This document shows positions 24,383 through 38,900 of a DNA stretch of 64,000 nucleotides, in pieces. Positions within the stretch are counted from its first letter, which is position 1, and the number at the start of each line of letters is the position of its first letter. The translations under genes and the position numbers were made by a program. The stretch comes from Gnetum montanum (Eukaryota > Plantae > Gnetophyta). The DNA lies in NCBI GenBank assembly GCA_015680685.1, contig MNCI01003297.1:104065-168064 (forward strand), given 5' to 3'. Below the pieces are notes generated by a model. It saw nothing but the letters and a program-made list of their open reading frames with translations. It was not told the DNA's origin and searched no databases.

Positions 24383-24855
24383 NCCCCCCACAACACTTAG
24401 CATCATTTTTCACACATCACGTGGGGGTGTTTTTCGAATTTTTCTCTATGACTTGCGAGTGTGACACCCTTGCTTTTCTACCTATATCTCACTCATTGGT
24501 ACTCTGATTTTAATTTCGTCTGAACCTGCTTGAACCTGGAGTGTTCAGCTTAGTCGTGGGGGAGGGACACATGCCGAATAGCACATAACATTTTTGGAAT
24601 TTATCATCGCCCAAAGGACATTATCAAGGGTAATTAGCTATAACATTTAGAATAATTATGCTGAAAATAATTGAATCCCCTTAAGTACATCGGGAAACTA
24701 AAATTGAAAACCACCTAAGTAAAAAGGACCCACTATTATAATCTTTCGGGAAACATCACATGGAGATAAAATAAATTAATCAATTAAGGTAAGCAGTAAG
24801 GTATAATTTAACTTCAGAAGTAACCATACTAACACTTGACCCCGTGTGATTGTAG

Positions 24856-27573
24856 ATGGCCCTAAAACATTGACAATAGGAAGGTCTTTCTCAAGGTGGA
24901 AGTAAACGACCTAGGAAAGGCGAGGAATAAGTCCCTGCCAGACAACATGCAGAATAGGAGGAACAATCATTTAGCATTCATCAAGAGGATCCTCCTACTG
25001 TATAGTCCGGGCAAGTAGAAGAAGGAGCTATTGTAGCCCCTAAATAGGGATAACATCTCACGTTGCCCCAGGATTATGTTCAGGCAATCCACGAAAGGTA
25101 CACATTCACTACGGTGATTGTGGAATTAAATTTTGAATCTTTTTTAGAGTTCACCCCCGAGGCTATTAGGGATCATCTCAAAGGGTCTCCCTTATGGCCT
25201 ACCCTCTCTGAAAGCGGTACCTGGTACCTAGGGGAGACGAACCAATTCTAGCACAATAGAGAACAAGGCACCATTATTAATATTTATGGTATGACAGTCA
25301 ATTTCTCCATGCAGGCCATTTTGGAAGTATTAAACCTTCCAAATACATGGCCCAAGGTTGCTCAATTTTCTACCTATTTAGACCTTGATGTGCGAAGAGT
25401 TTGGTTGGAAAGGGCATATGGCAGGGATAAGACATTTGGAGAGTTGACGATGGAAGAGCGGATCTATTTAAAAATTGGAATGTATCACCTCTTCCCCATG
25501 AAGGTCTTAAAAAGAATCTCAACATATGTGACAAGAGGATGTGTAGTGCTAATGGGAAAGATTAATGCTAACTTGCCTCATCTATATTTGATAGAGATCC
25601 TGAGGTGGTTCGAGGAATAGAAGACAGGGAAGATGGCGTTGCACTTCCCTTGCCTTATCAGAAATTTATGCCAATGTGCTAGTATCATGGGATACACTAA
25701 TTATGTCCTCCAAAAAGCCAAAAATGCTTCATATGCTGAACTGTTAAAGCCACCAGCTACAAGGAAAATCATTGGTGAGAGGCTGGGACTAGAACAAGAA
25801 GAAGAACAGACAGCTAGACCAACTGCAACTCAACTTGTAGGACCTAGCCAACTTCTAAGTACAGGACCCAGCCAACAATAGGAAGTAGGGCCTAGCATGG
25901 ATCGGGACCAACCACCGCTGCTGCAAGATTACAAACCATCGATGAGCCATCTTAGGACCATCGCTGAGATGGTCAGTTAGGGAATTCATGATGATGCAAA
26001 TCTCTTCTGCGTCATTGATGATGCCATACAGCCCATAGTTTCTTGGATCGTGTAAGGGGTGAAGTGTCTACTCATATAGGAGGAGAGGAAAGTACTTGGT
26101 CACAAAAAATCTCAGGAAACAAAACATCTTTCCAAGTGCAATTAGAAACTCGTGAAGGGGCCACCGTGGTGGTCATGCAACACCAGGATGTCGTAGGAGC
26201 TGTAGAAGTGGTCGTAGACCACATTAAAGAATCATTCAATGTAGTTGTTATGCCACCGGTAGATCTCACAGGAGCATGGGATGCTCAAAATTTGGAAAGA
26301 ACCTCAATGACTCCTGCGGAACATGAGGATGTGCTTAATTGATTGCTACAAACAGGAAAAATAATGATGTCTCTGTTTGAGAACCCTCAAGCTGTTACAG
26401 TAATTTAATCAGACCTCATTTCTACTAAGGGGAAGCTGGTCTTAAGAGAAGTGAGGGCCGAGCATGCTGAAGAAAAGGTGCAAAAATTACAAGAAAATCT
26501 CATGGCCCTACAAGTAGCACAGCAGGACCCTTCATAATTTGTTCCTGCAGACCAACTGGACAATTTCAAAACTGAGCAGCTAACCAAACTACTAACAGAG
26601 AACAAGAAGGTGGCAAAGGAAAAAGAGAAGGCTGTTTGGGATGCCTCTATAGCACAGGCACAAACTCATGCATATATCAAGGCACTCAAGGCCTTATAGG
26701 AGGAAAACAAGAACCTTGTTACCGAAAACCTTCGGTTGACCGCTGTGGAGAAGCAAAAGAATGTTCTCGAAGAACATTTCCATCAATTACGAGAATAATT
26801 CATCTGGATCAACCAAGACATGAGCTATTTAGCCAGGGAGAATCAAACCCTCTTAATGTAGGAAGTACACGCAATCTGTCAAAAGACAGCTATCGAAATA
26901 AGCACNAGTACACGCAATCTGTCAAAAGACAGCTATCGAAATAAGCACATGGCAAAATGAGGCTAAACGACATGAAAAGCTAAAGGAGCACTTCCGGGAC
27001 TAGGTGGGGATGTAAAAATAGATCCTTGAGAAGGAGATCCATATGGCCAAGGCCCACATCAATGCTATCAATGCTCAACACATTGACTGGCAGGCCATAT
27101 TGGACACATATGCATTTGCCCACCAGGTGGAAGTTAAGAACTGGGACCTGTAGATCCAATATCTTACAGAATAAATGGAGTTGGAAAACTTGTAGTATGC
27201 CAACCTTTCCATGTTAACAGCAAGGCACCCAAGAATAGAGCTTGAGCAAAAGGTAGCTTCCACCCACATCAAATATAAAACAAAATTTGCAAAACGCAAG
27301 AAGACGTTGCAAAAACTAGAGATTATAAATTCTGAACTTGAGGTGGTGAAAGCAAGCTACCAAGAACAAAAAGGTGTCACAATAGATTTGGCTCGATGGC
27401 TTGCAGATTTTCAAGAATACAAAGACAAATCCAGAGCCTACGAGGAGGAACGACAGGTATTTGTGGCCTGGTATGTCAGGGCAAATCAAATGTTTCTGCA
27501 ACTACCCTGTCCATGGGAGGTGCCGACTCCATCAAACATCGAAACATTAGCATGGATGGCACAAGATCCCTAG
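24856..27573 (+). pseudogene. Athila env-like ORF (plant transposon protein domain plus coiled coil)
   Basis: CTAAC..TGTAG|ATG acceptor; IYGMTVNFSMQAILEVLNLP, ALHFPCLIRNLC (Athila LPFPxLITxLC-like), then an E/K/Q-rich helical region. Confidence 0.75.
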
Positions 27574-27865
27574 ACCAAAGAGGAGAAACTCCAGGCCATA
27601 CTTCAACATCATCAACCCCCAAGACCTGGAGCACAAGACAAGGGGAAAGCACCTATGGAGGAGCCACCACCAGGAACTACATGAGTTCCACCAATTTTGT
27701 AGCTATAGCACATTCTTTGTGTTGTGTCTTAATCTTGTCTTGATTCCGCACTACGACATAACCCCATTTTCACCATCTAATAATCTCGTACCTATCCACT
27801 ATGTAATCAATGGAGCTTGTTCTCACTTTGACTCGAGGATGATTTTTCACTCAGTCGTGGGGGTA

Positions 27866-28664
27866 TGATGAGTAACAATTTGGTTCACCGGGATATCGCA
27901 TACGCAATATCGCAGCCTATCTCCTCATCTATAAATAAGAGGTAGAAAGTTCTAATAGGCAATTAGTTCATCATTTTTAGAGTTAGTTTTTATTTTAGTT
28001 TTCATTTTTTCCTCTCAACCCTTTCCTCCCAGTGTATTCCCATAGTGTGGTGATTGTAATTATACGGCATCCTTTATTTGAGTGTGACGTACTTGGACAC
28101 ACACATGACTGGAAATGGAGATCAAGATTACTTCATCATTGCAGCATTCACTTAGTTTAATTATTTATTTAATTGTTATTTACTACTTTCTTAATTAATC
28201 TCTTCTCACCCTAAACTCTTGTTAAACGCGGAATGAGTACAACTTGATTACGAGCATTTAAGTGTGAATACTTGGTAATCCAGTAGCGTACCTAGGATCT
28301 ATGCTTGGTAATCCTAGTGGTAGTCATACATAAAGTCCAAGATGTGTACGGATGATTGAGGAATGGATGCTCATCACACTTAGGCTAGCTTAAATTCTCT
28401 CTCACCCTCTCTCTCTTAGCTTAGTTAATATTATCTTCCATTGTCTTCAGGAGTAGCATTAGCATGGAAACACATCATACACCTCACTCTGGACTAAACC
28501 ATAGGTGACAAAGTTAACACTAGTCTAGATGGGAAGACAACAAACTGTGACCTAAGGATAATGATTTAGATACCACAACTATTCCATCTGTGGAGTTTGA
28601 CTGGATCATGCTTAAAACACTCATATTTATATGGTTGAGTGTAGGGGTACCTTGCCACTCATCA
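27866..28664 (+). repeat. B2 3' LTR, diverged from the B LTRs but with the same termini
   Basis: TGATGAG start; CTATAAATAAGAGG; ends ATGGTTGAGTGTAGGGGTACC..CCACTCATCA. Confidence 0.88.
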
Positions 28665-31117
28665 ACATGGCAACATTTAAGGATCACTTTCTGTTGCCAT
28701 TCATTGATCAAGTTTTAGACACTATTGCAGGGCATCGCTATTATATTTTTCTGGATGGCTATAGTGGATATAATCAAATATGGATAGCCCCAGAAGGTCA
28801 AGCCAAGACAACGTTCACCAATCCTTGGGGAACTTCTGCATATAAACAAATGTCATTTGGGTTGTGCAATGCTCCTTCCACATTTCAACACTAGTTCTAA
28901 GAATATTCCAACAATGGATAGGAAATGGAGTGGAAGTCTTTATGGATGATTTCTCCATGTATGGAACAAGCTTTGATCAAGCCTTAGACCGATTAGAGCA
29001 TGTGCTAAAATGATGTGTAGAAACCAACTTAAGGCTCAACTGGCAGAAAAGCTATTTGATGGTCCAAGAGGGCGTAGTACTTGGGCATAAGATTTCCCAT
29101 TCAGGAATAGAGGTAGAGCCAGATAAAGTTAGGGTCATCCAAGGAATCACCTGTTAACTGGAAACTATCAAAGACATTCGATCATTCCTTGGACACACTG
29201 GCTATTATAGGATATTCATTGAGAACTTCTCCAAGATTGCCAAACCATTGGTAGAGCTCACAAAGAAGGACGCACCATTCGAATGGACCAGGGAATGTGA
29301 ACGAGCATTCCAAACTCTAAAACAAATGCTTGTAGAAACTCCTATTCTACAAGATCCTAACTAGTCCAGACCATTCCATATAATGATTGACGCATCCAAT
29401 TATGCCTTAGAAGCCATACTTACATAGTTAGATGGCCAAAAACGTCCTTACTACATCCACTGTGCAAGGAGTATTGTCGGTGCATAACTTAACTACACAA
29501 CTACAGAAAAAGAATTAATGGTTGTAGTGTTTGCACTGGATAAGTTTAGGCACTATGTGTTAGGTTACAAAGTGTTCATCCATACAGATCATAGTGCAAT
29601 CAGATTCCTCATGAACAAGCCAATGGTTAGCCCTCGTATTATACGATGGTTGGTAATCCTATAGGAGTTTGATCTAATGATGATCGATCGAAAGGGCACT
29701 AAGAACATAGTTGCAAATCATTTATCTCGGTTGCACTAAGATAGCAAAGAGCATGAATATGCCATATTCGATCATTTTCCTAACGAAGCCCTCTTTGCCA
29801 ATGTAGTGAATAACCAACCCATGGAAATGAATTGGTATAGTATCATTCTCACCTATCTCCTTACCCAACAAACACCACAGGAGCTAGACTTTAGGAAGAA
29901 ACAACAGTTTCTTCATAGAGCTAAGTACTTCATGGAGATCAATGGATAACTTTACAAAGTTTGTCCTGATGGCTTGGTTCGATGGTGCATGCCCGAGGTG
30001 GACCAACTAAGAGTTCTCCAAGATGCTCATGAGGGCCCTTGTGGGGGTCACTATGCAGGGAGATGAATGGCTATTAAGATCCTACTTGCAGGATATTACC
30101 GGCCAACATTATTTCGAGATGCCCATCGATTTATCCAATCTTACGAGTGCTATCAATGTGATGGGGGAATGACTGTTAGAATGGAGGATCTGCAAAAATG
30201 GATTTAACCTTTAGAACCCTTCGACATTTGGGGAATAGAATTTATAAGACCCATTACACCAATGTCTAATGGAAAAGCTTACATCATTGTTGTTGTTGAC
30301 TATCTAACGAAATGGGTTGAAGCAACTGCTATGACAGACTACACATTATCTACAGCTACATGATTTGTGCAACAACAAGTCATAAATAGGTTTCGTGTGC
30401 CACATGCACTTATCTCAGATAATGGAACATACTTCATAGGTGCAACCTTTCGGAAATTGATGCAACCCTTAGGGATTGAACATAAATTTAGTACACCTTA
30501 TCATCCCCAAGCTAATGGCCAAGCTGAGGTCACTAACTGGGAGATTACTAAAATATTAACAAGGACAATTAGCAAATATAGGTGAGATTAGAGCACTAAA
30601 CTGAATGATGCTCTCTGGGCATACCACTCCACTTGGAAACTCCCTATAGGCTACTCTCCCTATGAGTTAGTATATGGAAAGCTTCCAAAGCTTCCAATTC
30701 AAATCTAGCTCCATAATCTATCCATGGCTTGTGACCTCCACCTTGACCTTGATCTAGCACAAAAACAAAGGTTGGCAACTTTAAACATGCTAGATGAGAA
30801 TCGATTGGTTGCCCTCTCATCAAATGAGTTGCACAAGGCACATAACAAGCAACGTCATAACTTAAAAATTCAAAAGGTTAAGTACCAACCAGGAGATAAG
30901 GTCCTCTACTGGAACCCCACACATGTGCCACAATGCACAAAAATTTCAAACATTGTGGGAAGTTCCTTACATCATTCATACAACCTTTCCTTCAGGGGCC
31001 ATGACCATCTACAAACCTGAGAGCCCTGATAAGAGACTACTGGTTAATGTGCAACAAACCAAACCCTTCCATGAACTTAGAATAGCCAGTGCACATAACA
31101 CATCAGAGAAAGAATGA
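28665..31117 (+). pseudogene. pol: Element B pol (5'-truncated RT, RNase H, integrase)
   Basis: KDHFLLPFIDQVL, FLDGYSGYNQI, EVFMDDF, DASNYAL, NYTTTEKEL, TDHSAIR, HEGPCGGH, DYLTKWVEA, ISDNGT, STPYHPQANGQAE. Confidence 0.95.
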
Positions 31118-31152
31118 ACTCGCTCATTATTTCGGATCACCTCCTTTCAACT

Positions 31153-31166
31153 CAGTCATGGGGGAG
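31153..31166 (+). promoter_or_regulatory. Internal (post-pol) PPT copy of element B
   Basis: CAGTCATGGGGGAG matches the terminal AATCATGGGGG at ~33030-33040. Confidence 0.7.
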
Positions 31167-33042
31167 ATGGCCACCTCTGCTGATCAATTAAGGCGCTCAG
31201 TTCCTTTTTAAGTTTTTTTTTTTACAAATTTCTTTCACTTTTCTTGTTTTTGTTTTACAACATCGTTCATACTTTTTTGTTATTTGTATATTTATTTATT
31301 TTGTTAGGATCTTCACCTAATAAGTGCTCCTGATGATGGTATAAACTGTATTTTATTGGTTGCTAATGTTTGGTTTTTACCTTTGAGTTATAATGTTGAT
31401 ACTAAGGTATGGTTCTTTTGATATAACATGCAATAAGTCCACATCATCCATGCATCCATGAATTTCTATGGTCTCTCTTGGCTCAAAACTGTACAGTCCC
31501 TTTCTTTCAATAATAAGAACTATCAATGAATTGGTGACTGGGCATTTCTCAAACTAAGGAAGGACTCAAGGATTGAAAAGGGTGTGACCTCAAGGGGATT
31601 TGATGCATTTGTGCTTGCTATTCTCCTGGGTTCTTGGATGTTTTCTTCTTGATTTTTCCATACCATTCCGATGTTGCTCCATTATTGGGAAGCTAAGCTA
31701 ATAAATATAATAAGTCTTTGCATGGTGTGGTTCTCACGTAAAAGAGAGAGAGAGAGAGAAAAGTGAGAATTCAAAGAACACCCCTTAGATGAAATAATCA
31801 TCTGGGCTACAAGCACTGGTTATGGAACTAAAAAAACATGTTTCCTCTAACTAAGGCCCTTTCTCAGTTCCTACTTTCTCCTTTCTCGTTTCGTCATAAT
31901 GGTGGTGAATTTCTGGCGGAAGCATTCTCGTTACTTCAAGTGGATAAATTGGCCAAGTGTATTAATGCGAAGTCACTGGATGTGGATTGTTTGAGGTTGG
32001 ATTTGAAATGAGATCTATGAAGTCACATTTACCATTAATACACAAGGGGCTGTACACCACCTTGTTCTTGAGACTCCATTCCATTCTCTTCTTTCCATCG
32101 TTCTTTCTCCATTTTTCATCTCATTGCCGATTGTATCAATAGTCCATATTTTGGTTGATGCATTGTTTTCTTTTTGGTAAATTCTTGTGGTTAAGACTTT
32201 AACTCTTGCTTCCAAACAACATTTTCAAAGCCTATGGACTCTTTGAATGTGGGACTGCCAAGGCATTAAGGGCATGAGCCTGCTTTGGGGTGGACCCACT
32301 AGCATTCCTATTTGGTGCATCAGTTAATTTCTTTCCCTTAAACATTTCTACAATCAACATTTATTTTGTTCATTTCCATCTCTGACATCCATTTCACCGG
32401 CGTTGCCATTTTTTCTTTTTCTTCATCTTTCTTATTCCTTATCTTTTTCCATTCTATCGCTACCAGGGGTTTGCTCTTAGTCATGGAGGTCTTCATCCAA
32501 TTTTTTTGATTTACTCTTAACCCCTACACCTTGGGTAGTCACCAATGTTATATCTCCAAAATCCACATTAGCCATATCACAACTCAGCCAATGGACCTTA
32601 CACTAAGGCAAGGTATCAACTACATTGTGATTCATTTACCCTTGCTAATATAAGATTGTGTTGTGTGTGCAGATGGCAATCATACAACAATGGATTAGAT
32701 CTGGAGGAAACACTTAGAATGAATTGGTGCTGGAGTAGTTATGCAAGGAATAGGATTGATGGCACGCTTATGGATGACCAACGGAAGGTGCAATCTTGGC
32801 ATCGGCAGCAACAGACTTCTTCTTTTCTCTCTCTCACTCTCAGCTGCCAAATAAGGCTGGATGTCAAATGTGTATAGTATTCACTCTTATTATCATGAAC
32901 ACTAATTTTGTCATGTATTTTAATGATGATCCATTCACATGTCACCCCATTCACCATTAGTATCATTTAAGTCAATAATCCCATACCTTCCCAATAGTTT
33001 GTAAGGAACTCGAGGAAGAGTTTTTATTTAATCATGGGGGCA

Positions 33043-33841
33043 TGATGAGCCACGATATCGCATCTACCCCCACGATATCGCGTATGCGATATCGTGGTCT
33101 GCCGCAATATCTATGAATAAGAGGTAGCTTTCCTTATTTTAGGCACTTAGACTTAGACCCTTAGCCAAACTATAGAAGTTTTACCATTCCAGAGTTAGAA
33201 TAATTTCCATTTGCCCGCAGTAGGAGTCTTAAAGTGAATGGATCTTTATTTGAGCAAATTGTACCTGGGCACACATTTATGTACGACAATAAAGATGAAC
33301 TTTATGATAAACCTCGCAGCATATGGACTAAGCTAAATAGTAATTAATTATTGTTGAATGTTTAATTTTTTTCTTAGTTAATTAATCTTTCTCAACCCTT
33401 GACTCTCCTAGTTAAGTGCACTCAGTAAGACCGCTTCGAGCATGTGTGTAACGCTTGGTAGCCCAGTAACGATTAGCGTTTGGTAATCCCAGTAGCGTTG
33501 CACTAGTTTAGGATGTGTGCGGCAAGTGGGAATGGATACTGGTGTTAAAAACAATTAGAACATAGTTAGTGAATAGTTAATGAAAGTTATTCACTTAGTT
33601 CTCTTCACCTTCCCCTATTAGCATAAGAAATTAAAAAGATAAAAGATATAAAAATCATATACCTCAAACTTACTTAACCAAACAACCATGACAATACAAG
33701 TATGTTTGGGAAGACAACGATTGATTAACCTTAAGTGTTCCATTAGGGTGCATAAGCACTTAGTCCTTGGAGTTCGACTGGATTGTGTGTAAAATGCTCG
33801 TATTCATATGGTTGAGTGTAGGGGTACCTCGCCACTCATCA
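33043..33841 (+). repeat. Element B 3' LTR
   Basis: Follows the PPT; ends CTCATCA plus the TSD. Confidence 0.95.
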
Positions 33842-35999
33842 CTATGCATGAAGTTAAAAATATTAACTGATAGGTTGACCAATCTAAAGAAAGATGAACC
33901 TACCCAAGGGTAATTTTGGAGCAAAATGTTTTACTTGTTAGATTAACTAACTCAAATGCCAAAAATTCTCAACAAATAGAAAATATTACACATCTGAGGT
34001 TGACTAACTCAATTTGAGATAAAACTTAGTAGATAAGGAATTTTGCACTTTTGAGATTAACTACCTCCTTGATACATCAACCTACCTTAGATGAATCTAC
34101 AAAAAAATACATATTTCAAGATGAATAAGTTTAAGCAATGACAACTAAGCAGATAGTTATTCTTTACTAAAATGGCCCAATAGGTTAACTGGCCTAAGCA
34201 TTGGTCAATCTATCAAAGGAATAAGTACGACCTATTCCTAAATTTACCTATCAAGGATAAATTCATAAAAAATAAAAGCCAAAAAGTACAAAAAAGATGC
34301 TTTGAACATTATGAAATAAATAAAGCAGTAAAAAATATACATTTCCATTTTTCTACTAAGTTTGAAATATTCCACCATGGATTATCATAGCTTTTGGATG
34401 TTGGAATTGAGGTCAAGATGGATCTATGGGCTAAGATTAGTATTTCAGCAATAGACATAGGAAGATCAAGTAGTACATGAATATCAGAAAGTAAGATAAA
34501 AGCTCTTTAATTAAAACACTCTAATTTTTGGTGTAATTTACACTTGAAATCTCTGTATATTTTGCATTATATTATGCCCACTTTGGATAAAATCTGATCT
34601 ATCTTGAGATCATTATATGCATGACTGAAAATTTGTTTTAAGATCTGCTTTCTAGGTTTAAGGATTTCTTGCATAAAAATTTAATTTGTAAGAAATAAAT
34701 ACTAGAAGTCCTTAAAACTAGTACTATTCTTCAAGGAGTTAAAGAAGTTGGAAGGGAACCCAAGGAAAGAGGAGATTTGTATAAACTCTATGGAGTGGAA
34801 AAAGCTCAAGTTGAACCACTATAAAAATTTTGATATGCACTTTATATTTTTTATTTCTTACATTTCATTTTTACTCTTAGATTAGATTTATGTGACTCTA
34901 ATTTTGTTCAAATGAGTTTCAAGTTTAAGTTTTTTTATGGAATAAATGTTAGAATTTTTAAAAGAAGCATTCTTTTCCTAGCTAGACTAATAATGACTAT
35001 TATGCCTATGTGATTATCCTAGGTAAGGTATATGATAAATGATGTTATCATGGCCATGCTATAAACTAAATAAAAATATAAAAAATTATACTTAATAAAT
35101 AAATAACTAAAACATGAAATTAAAATCTAATCTAGCTTAAAGGGATGAGTGTTTGATTCTCTAATCTACTATCATGTACTAGACTCATGCATCTAATGCT
35201 TAGATTACTAAGTGTTTATACTATTATGCATACCAAGTAAATCACTGTTGAGATTACCAAGTAAATGCATGTTTGTGCTCAAGATTAGGTAGCACTTATT
35301 CCACCAACTATTTATAATGTAATAGAAACATAAATCATTATGCTATTAGATAACAAAAGTTAAATGCATAAAAAATAGTAAAATTAAACTAAGTCAAAGC
35401 CTTGCAATGGAATAAAATCAATCTCAATCTTATTATCCATAATTTGAATTATATCTAAGTACAATTCACTTGAATAAGACTTCAAATAGTTAATTCAAAT
35501 CCATGTTGCAAGCAATTAATAATTATTTCTAAGACTACAACATCAAACTATAAGAGTTTCACTACCTTTGGACCAAACAGTGTCATAAATGTAACTACTT
35601 GACTATAATTATAGGTGAGGAATGACTAGAAGATATTGCATCTACAATGTAGCATTAAGAGTTACACAATCATGATGTACTATCTATGACATAACAATAA
35701 TAAATAGTACATTTTTATTCTTTATTACCATATCTTGGTAATACCAAAAATGTAAAATTCATTAAATAAAAATATATTGTACAATACCTTCACTTTATCT
35801 AATACTAATCCATAAATGTTTAAAAATCCATACTAAAGATATGCTAAATTTTCTTTATGAAGGTTCTTGAATGTTTATTTTTGGTAAAAGCTATAGTTGC
35901 TTTTGCATCTAAAAATGCTATGAAACCTTTTACTCTCCCTTATTTCACTTTCATCCATTTTACAAATCTTTTTACAAGTTCTCTATTGATCCAAACTTT

Positions 36000-38900
36000 T
36001 TAACACATTAAGGAACTATGATGTTTCTATACTTTAGATATATTATTTGTATTATGAATTTTGACAACAATATACCTAGGTTTATCATTTTTATGCTCAA
36101 AACAAATTACATTTTTTCTTAAGGATCATCACCTAAAACGACAATGATCATCTTACTAAGTGGGATCCTAGGAGGATCAATAGATGAGCAAATTGCATCT
36201 TTTATTTTATACAATTGAATATGCATTATATTTTTTATCACTATTGTCACTTCGTGAACTAGATTTTCATCTTCTTTTTCCTCTATCCCAGAAAAATGAA
36301 AATTAAGGTATTTTCCTCTATTTTTTATTGAGAAGTTTACATATAACCAAGTCTATATGAATTTATTAATTAAATTTTTTCAAATTTCTTCTTTTTGGAT
36401 CTACTTCAATAATAGCTTATAATATAGCAAATTTAGCTTTTATATAATTTTTTTTCTTTAGCAATTTCTTTTAGCTAATCATCTTTTTTATTTTCTTAGG
36501 TCTTAGCTTCATTTAGTGGCAAATATTTAACCTTTTTAATAATTTTCTTATACATCAAAAGATTCATTACTTTTCATTCTCATTCAACTTACTTAACTCA
36601 AGTATTTTATCATCTAAATCCCATTTCACAATCTTAAAATCAATGTGGCTATTTATATTCTCATATAAAACTAATCATTCCTTCTTTCAAAATTGAAATC
36701 TATTCACTACATGTTGCTTTTAGGATTTTGCTACTTCTTGGATCTTCATCATTAAAGGATTAGTAATCTTTTTTTAGGGGTGATGGTTGTAGAAAAAAAT
36801 AATATTAATAAAAAAATGATATTTAAAGTACATCACATATTGAATAGTAAGTAAAAAAATTAAAAAATTATACAAAAATAAAGGAAAAATCTTTCTAACT
36901 TGGGGATGTGTGAGTATCCATCCATACCATCAATATTAAGAAATCAAGAGAAAAGAATTAGTTATTATTAGAAAGGATGATCCTAGGCCTAGCAACATTT
37001 ACATCACTTTTAACATACATGCTTACACTTAAAATAGAAAAAGAATTTGAGGTAGCAATAAAAAGTTATAAAAAAAGGTTTACATTTAAAGAAAAGCTAC
37101 ACAAGAAAATATATTCTACATTACCATTATTTTGCATTTTAATGTAAACTTTATGTTAAGAATCTTTATCATTAGTATTTCAATTATGTTTTAAGAATTT
37201 TCAAGTGATAAAATTTAGACATTTATGATGATTTGTCTTCATTTTAACTCATGCTTCACTCCAATGGTAATTGCACTTGATTTTCAAATCCAAATGAAAA
37301 AGTCATTGGATTTATCCCTTTTAACATGTTGATCCATAGAGAATGAAAGAATAACTAAGTTTTTAACCTAAGTTATTGTTGAGTACTCTCCATCATTCGA
37401 TCATCCCCATTGAATTAGAAGTCAAATATAGATGGATCATCCCATTTAATAAGTTGCTCCCATCAATATTAGGATAAATAAATAAACAAATCACTTGTTT
37501 GATGGGTTTTTCCTACTACTTGTAAAGAAAAATTACAAAATGGATTATTTCAACTTATAAACTCCTTTCCATCATTAAAGATCCTTTATTTCTACTCAAA
37601 ACTACTTCATGATTAGTTTCTTGCAACATGGTAGGATGATTTATTGAAGAAAAAAATATTTAAAAGGATCCTCACCTAATCTTTTAATCATTGATCTAAA
37701 TAAAGATAATTAATCGAAGGCTTTGGAATTATATTGGAAGGAAGTCTTAATGAATTTATGAAGATTTAACCCAAAAGATGCAAAGGATTTTTATGAAGTA
37801 CTTTGATAAAAAAAATCTTACAAGATATTTAAAGAGTGCATAAGCCTTCAAGGTGTACATTGCCTGATTCATATTCATAACTTGACTATTTTGTGCTAAG
37901 GCCTCAACATTATGAATAGCTAACTTGTGAATAACTTAAGATCTACCTTATTAGCATAATTAGAAGATGGGATAAGAGAGAATTCTTTACCAAGATGCTC
38001 CTGCATTTCATGAAGAATTATATTCTTCTTCTTTTCTTTTGTAGTCTTACAAATGAAAAGTAATGATTTAGGCTTCTTTAAAGGACTTGCACTTGATGAA
38101 GGAGTTGACATAGTATGCTTGGATTTTCTTCGTGTGCTCATTCTAGTACTTCTTGTCACTAAGACTATAGTTTCTTTTGTGGTTACAATTGATGTGTTAC
38201 AAACCATGATCTTTACCTTAGTATTTAAGTTCTTAACCTCTCTTTGGACTAGTAGAATAGGAATTAACAAATTTATTAACAACTAAGCAAGAAATTTCTT
38301 ACCATAAAATGTCTTTTCCAATAACATTAGGAGTTCTCCATAGCTTAATTTAGTTATCTAACCTTCATGAAGCTTGGGAAGCATACGATGGAAGTTGTAC
38401 ACTATGACTCTTGCCCATGTACACTTCAATTTCCAATATTTAACATAGAACAAAATATTAAGGATACCCCATTGGACATTTGTGTGATGATCCATATAAT
38501 TCATCCAATTTTTGTAAATCTTACACTTGGATCTCAGAGGTTCATCAATACCAATCTAGATATTTTCTTGATAGTCTTGCAAATATGGCTTTGACAGAAA
38601 GGCATACACTATGGCTTTATAATTAATAGCTTCTGTATCCACAAATGATAGATAGACATTCTTATCTTGGATAATATAATGAATAATTTTTTCATTGATA
38701 TGAAGACAAAAAAACATAGCCCAATAGAATATTTTCATTATGCTATTGCAATAAGTTTACAAGGATTAATTTAATTCTTCATCTATCATGGGTTCTGAAA
38801 AAGCAAGTTCATAATCCACATAACCTCTCATTCTTACTTCTTCTAATAGCTCATGCACTTCTAGATCCACCATTAATTGCTGATAGTTTTCATTGTATAT

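Larger units (their letters stand above)
24383..28664 (+). mobile_element. Element B2: 3' part of a second, related Athila inserted into the RT of element B
   Basis: Internal PPT copy 24551-24566, env-like ORF, PPT 27852-27863, LTR 27866-28664 followed directly by mid-RT codons. Confidence 0.8.
20325..33841 (+). mobile_element. Element B: Athila-clade Ty3/gypsy retrotransposon with 5-bp TSD CTATG
   Basis: LTRs TGATGAG...CTCATCA at 20325-21109 and 33043-33841; CTATG at 20320-20324 and 33842-33846; Asp-type PBS; gag; RT-RH-INT. Confidence 0.93.

Noticed and set aside
26864-26948. Exact ~41-bp duplication in the env-like ORF
   Set aside because: Straddles the single N at 26906; assembly artefact
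28631-28894. ORF starting MVECRGTLPLIN
   Set aside because: Chimeric reading across the B2 LTR end into B's RT
33847-36000. AT-rich LTR-like sequence (also 40500-42700)
   Set aside because: Too decayed to set boundaries or assign a family with confidence
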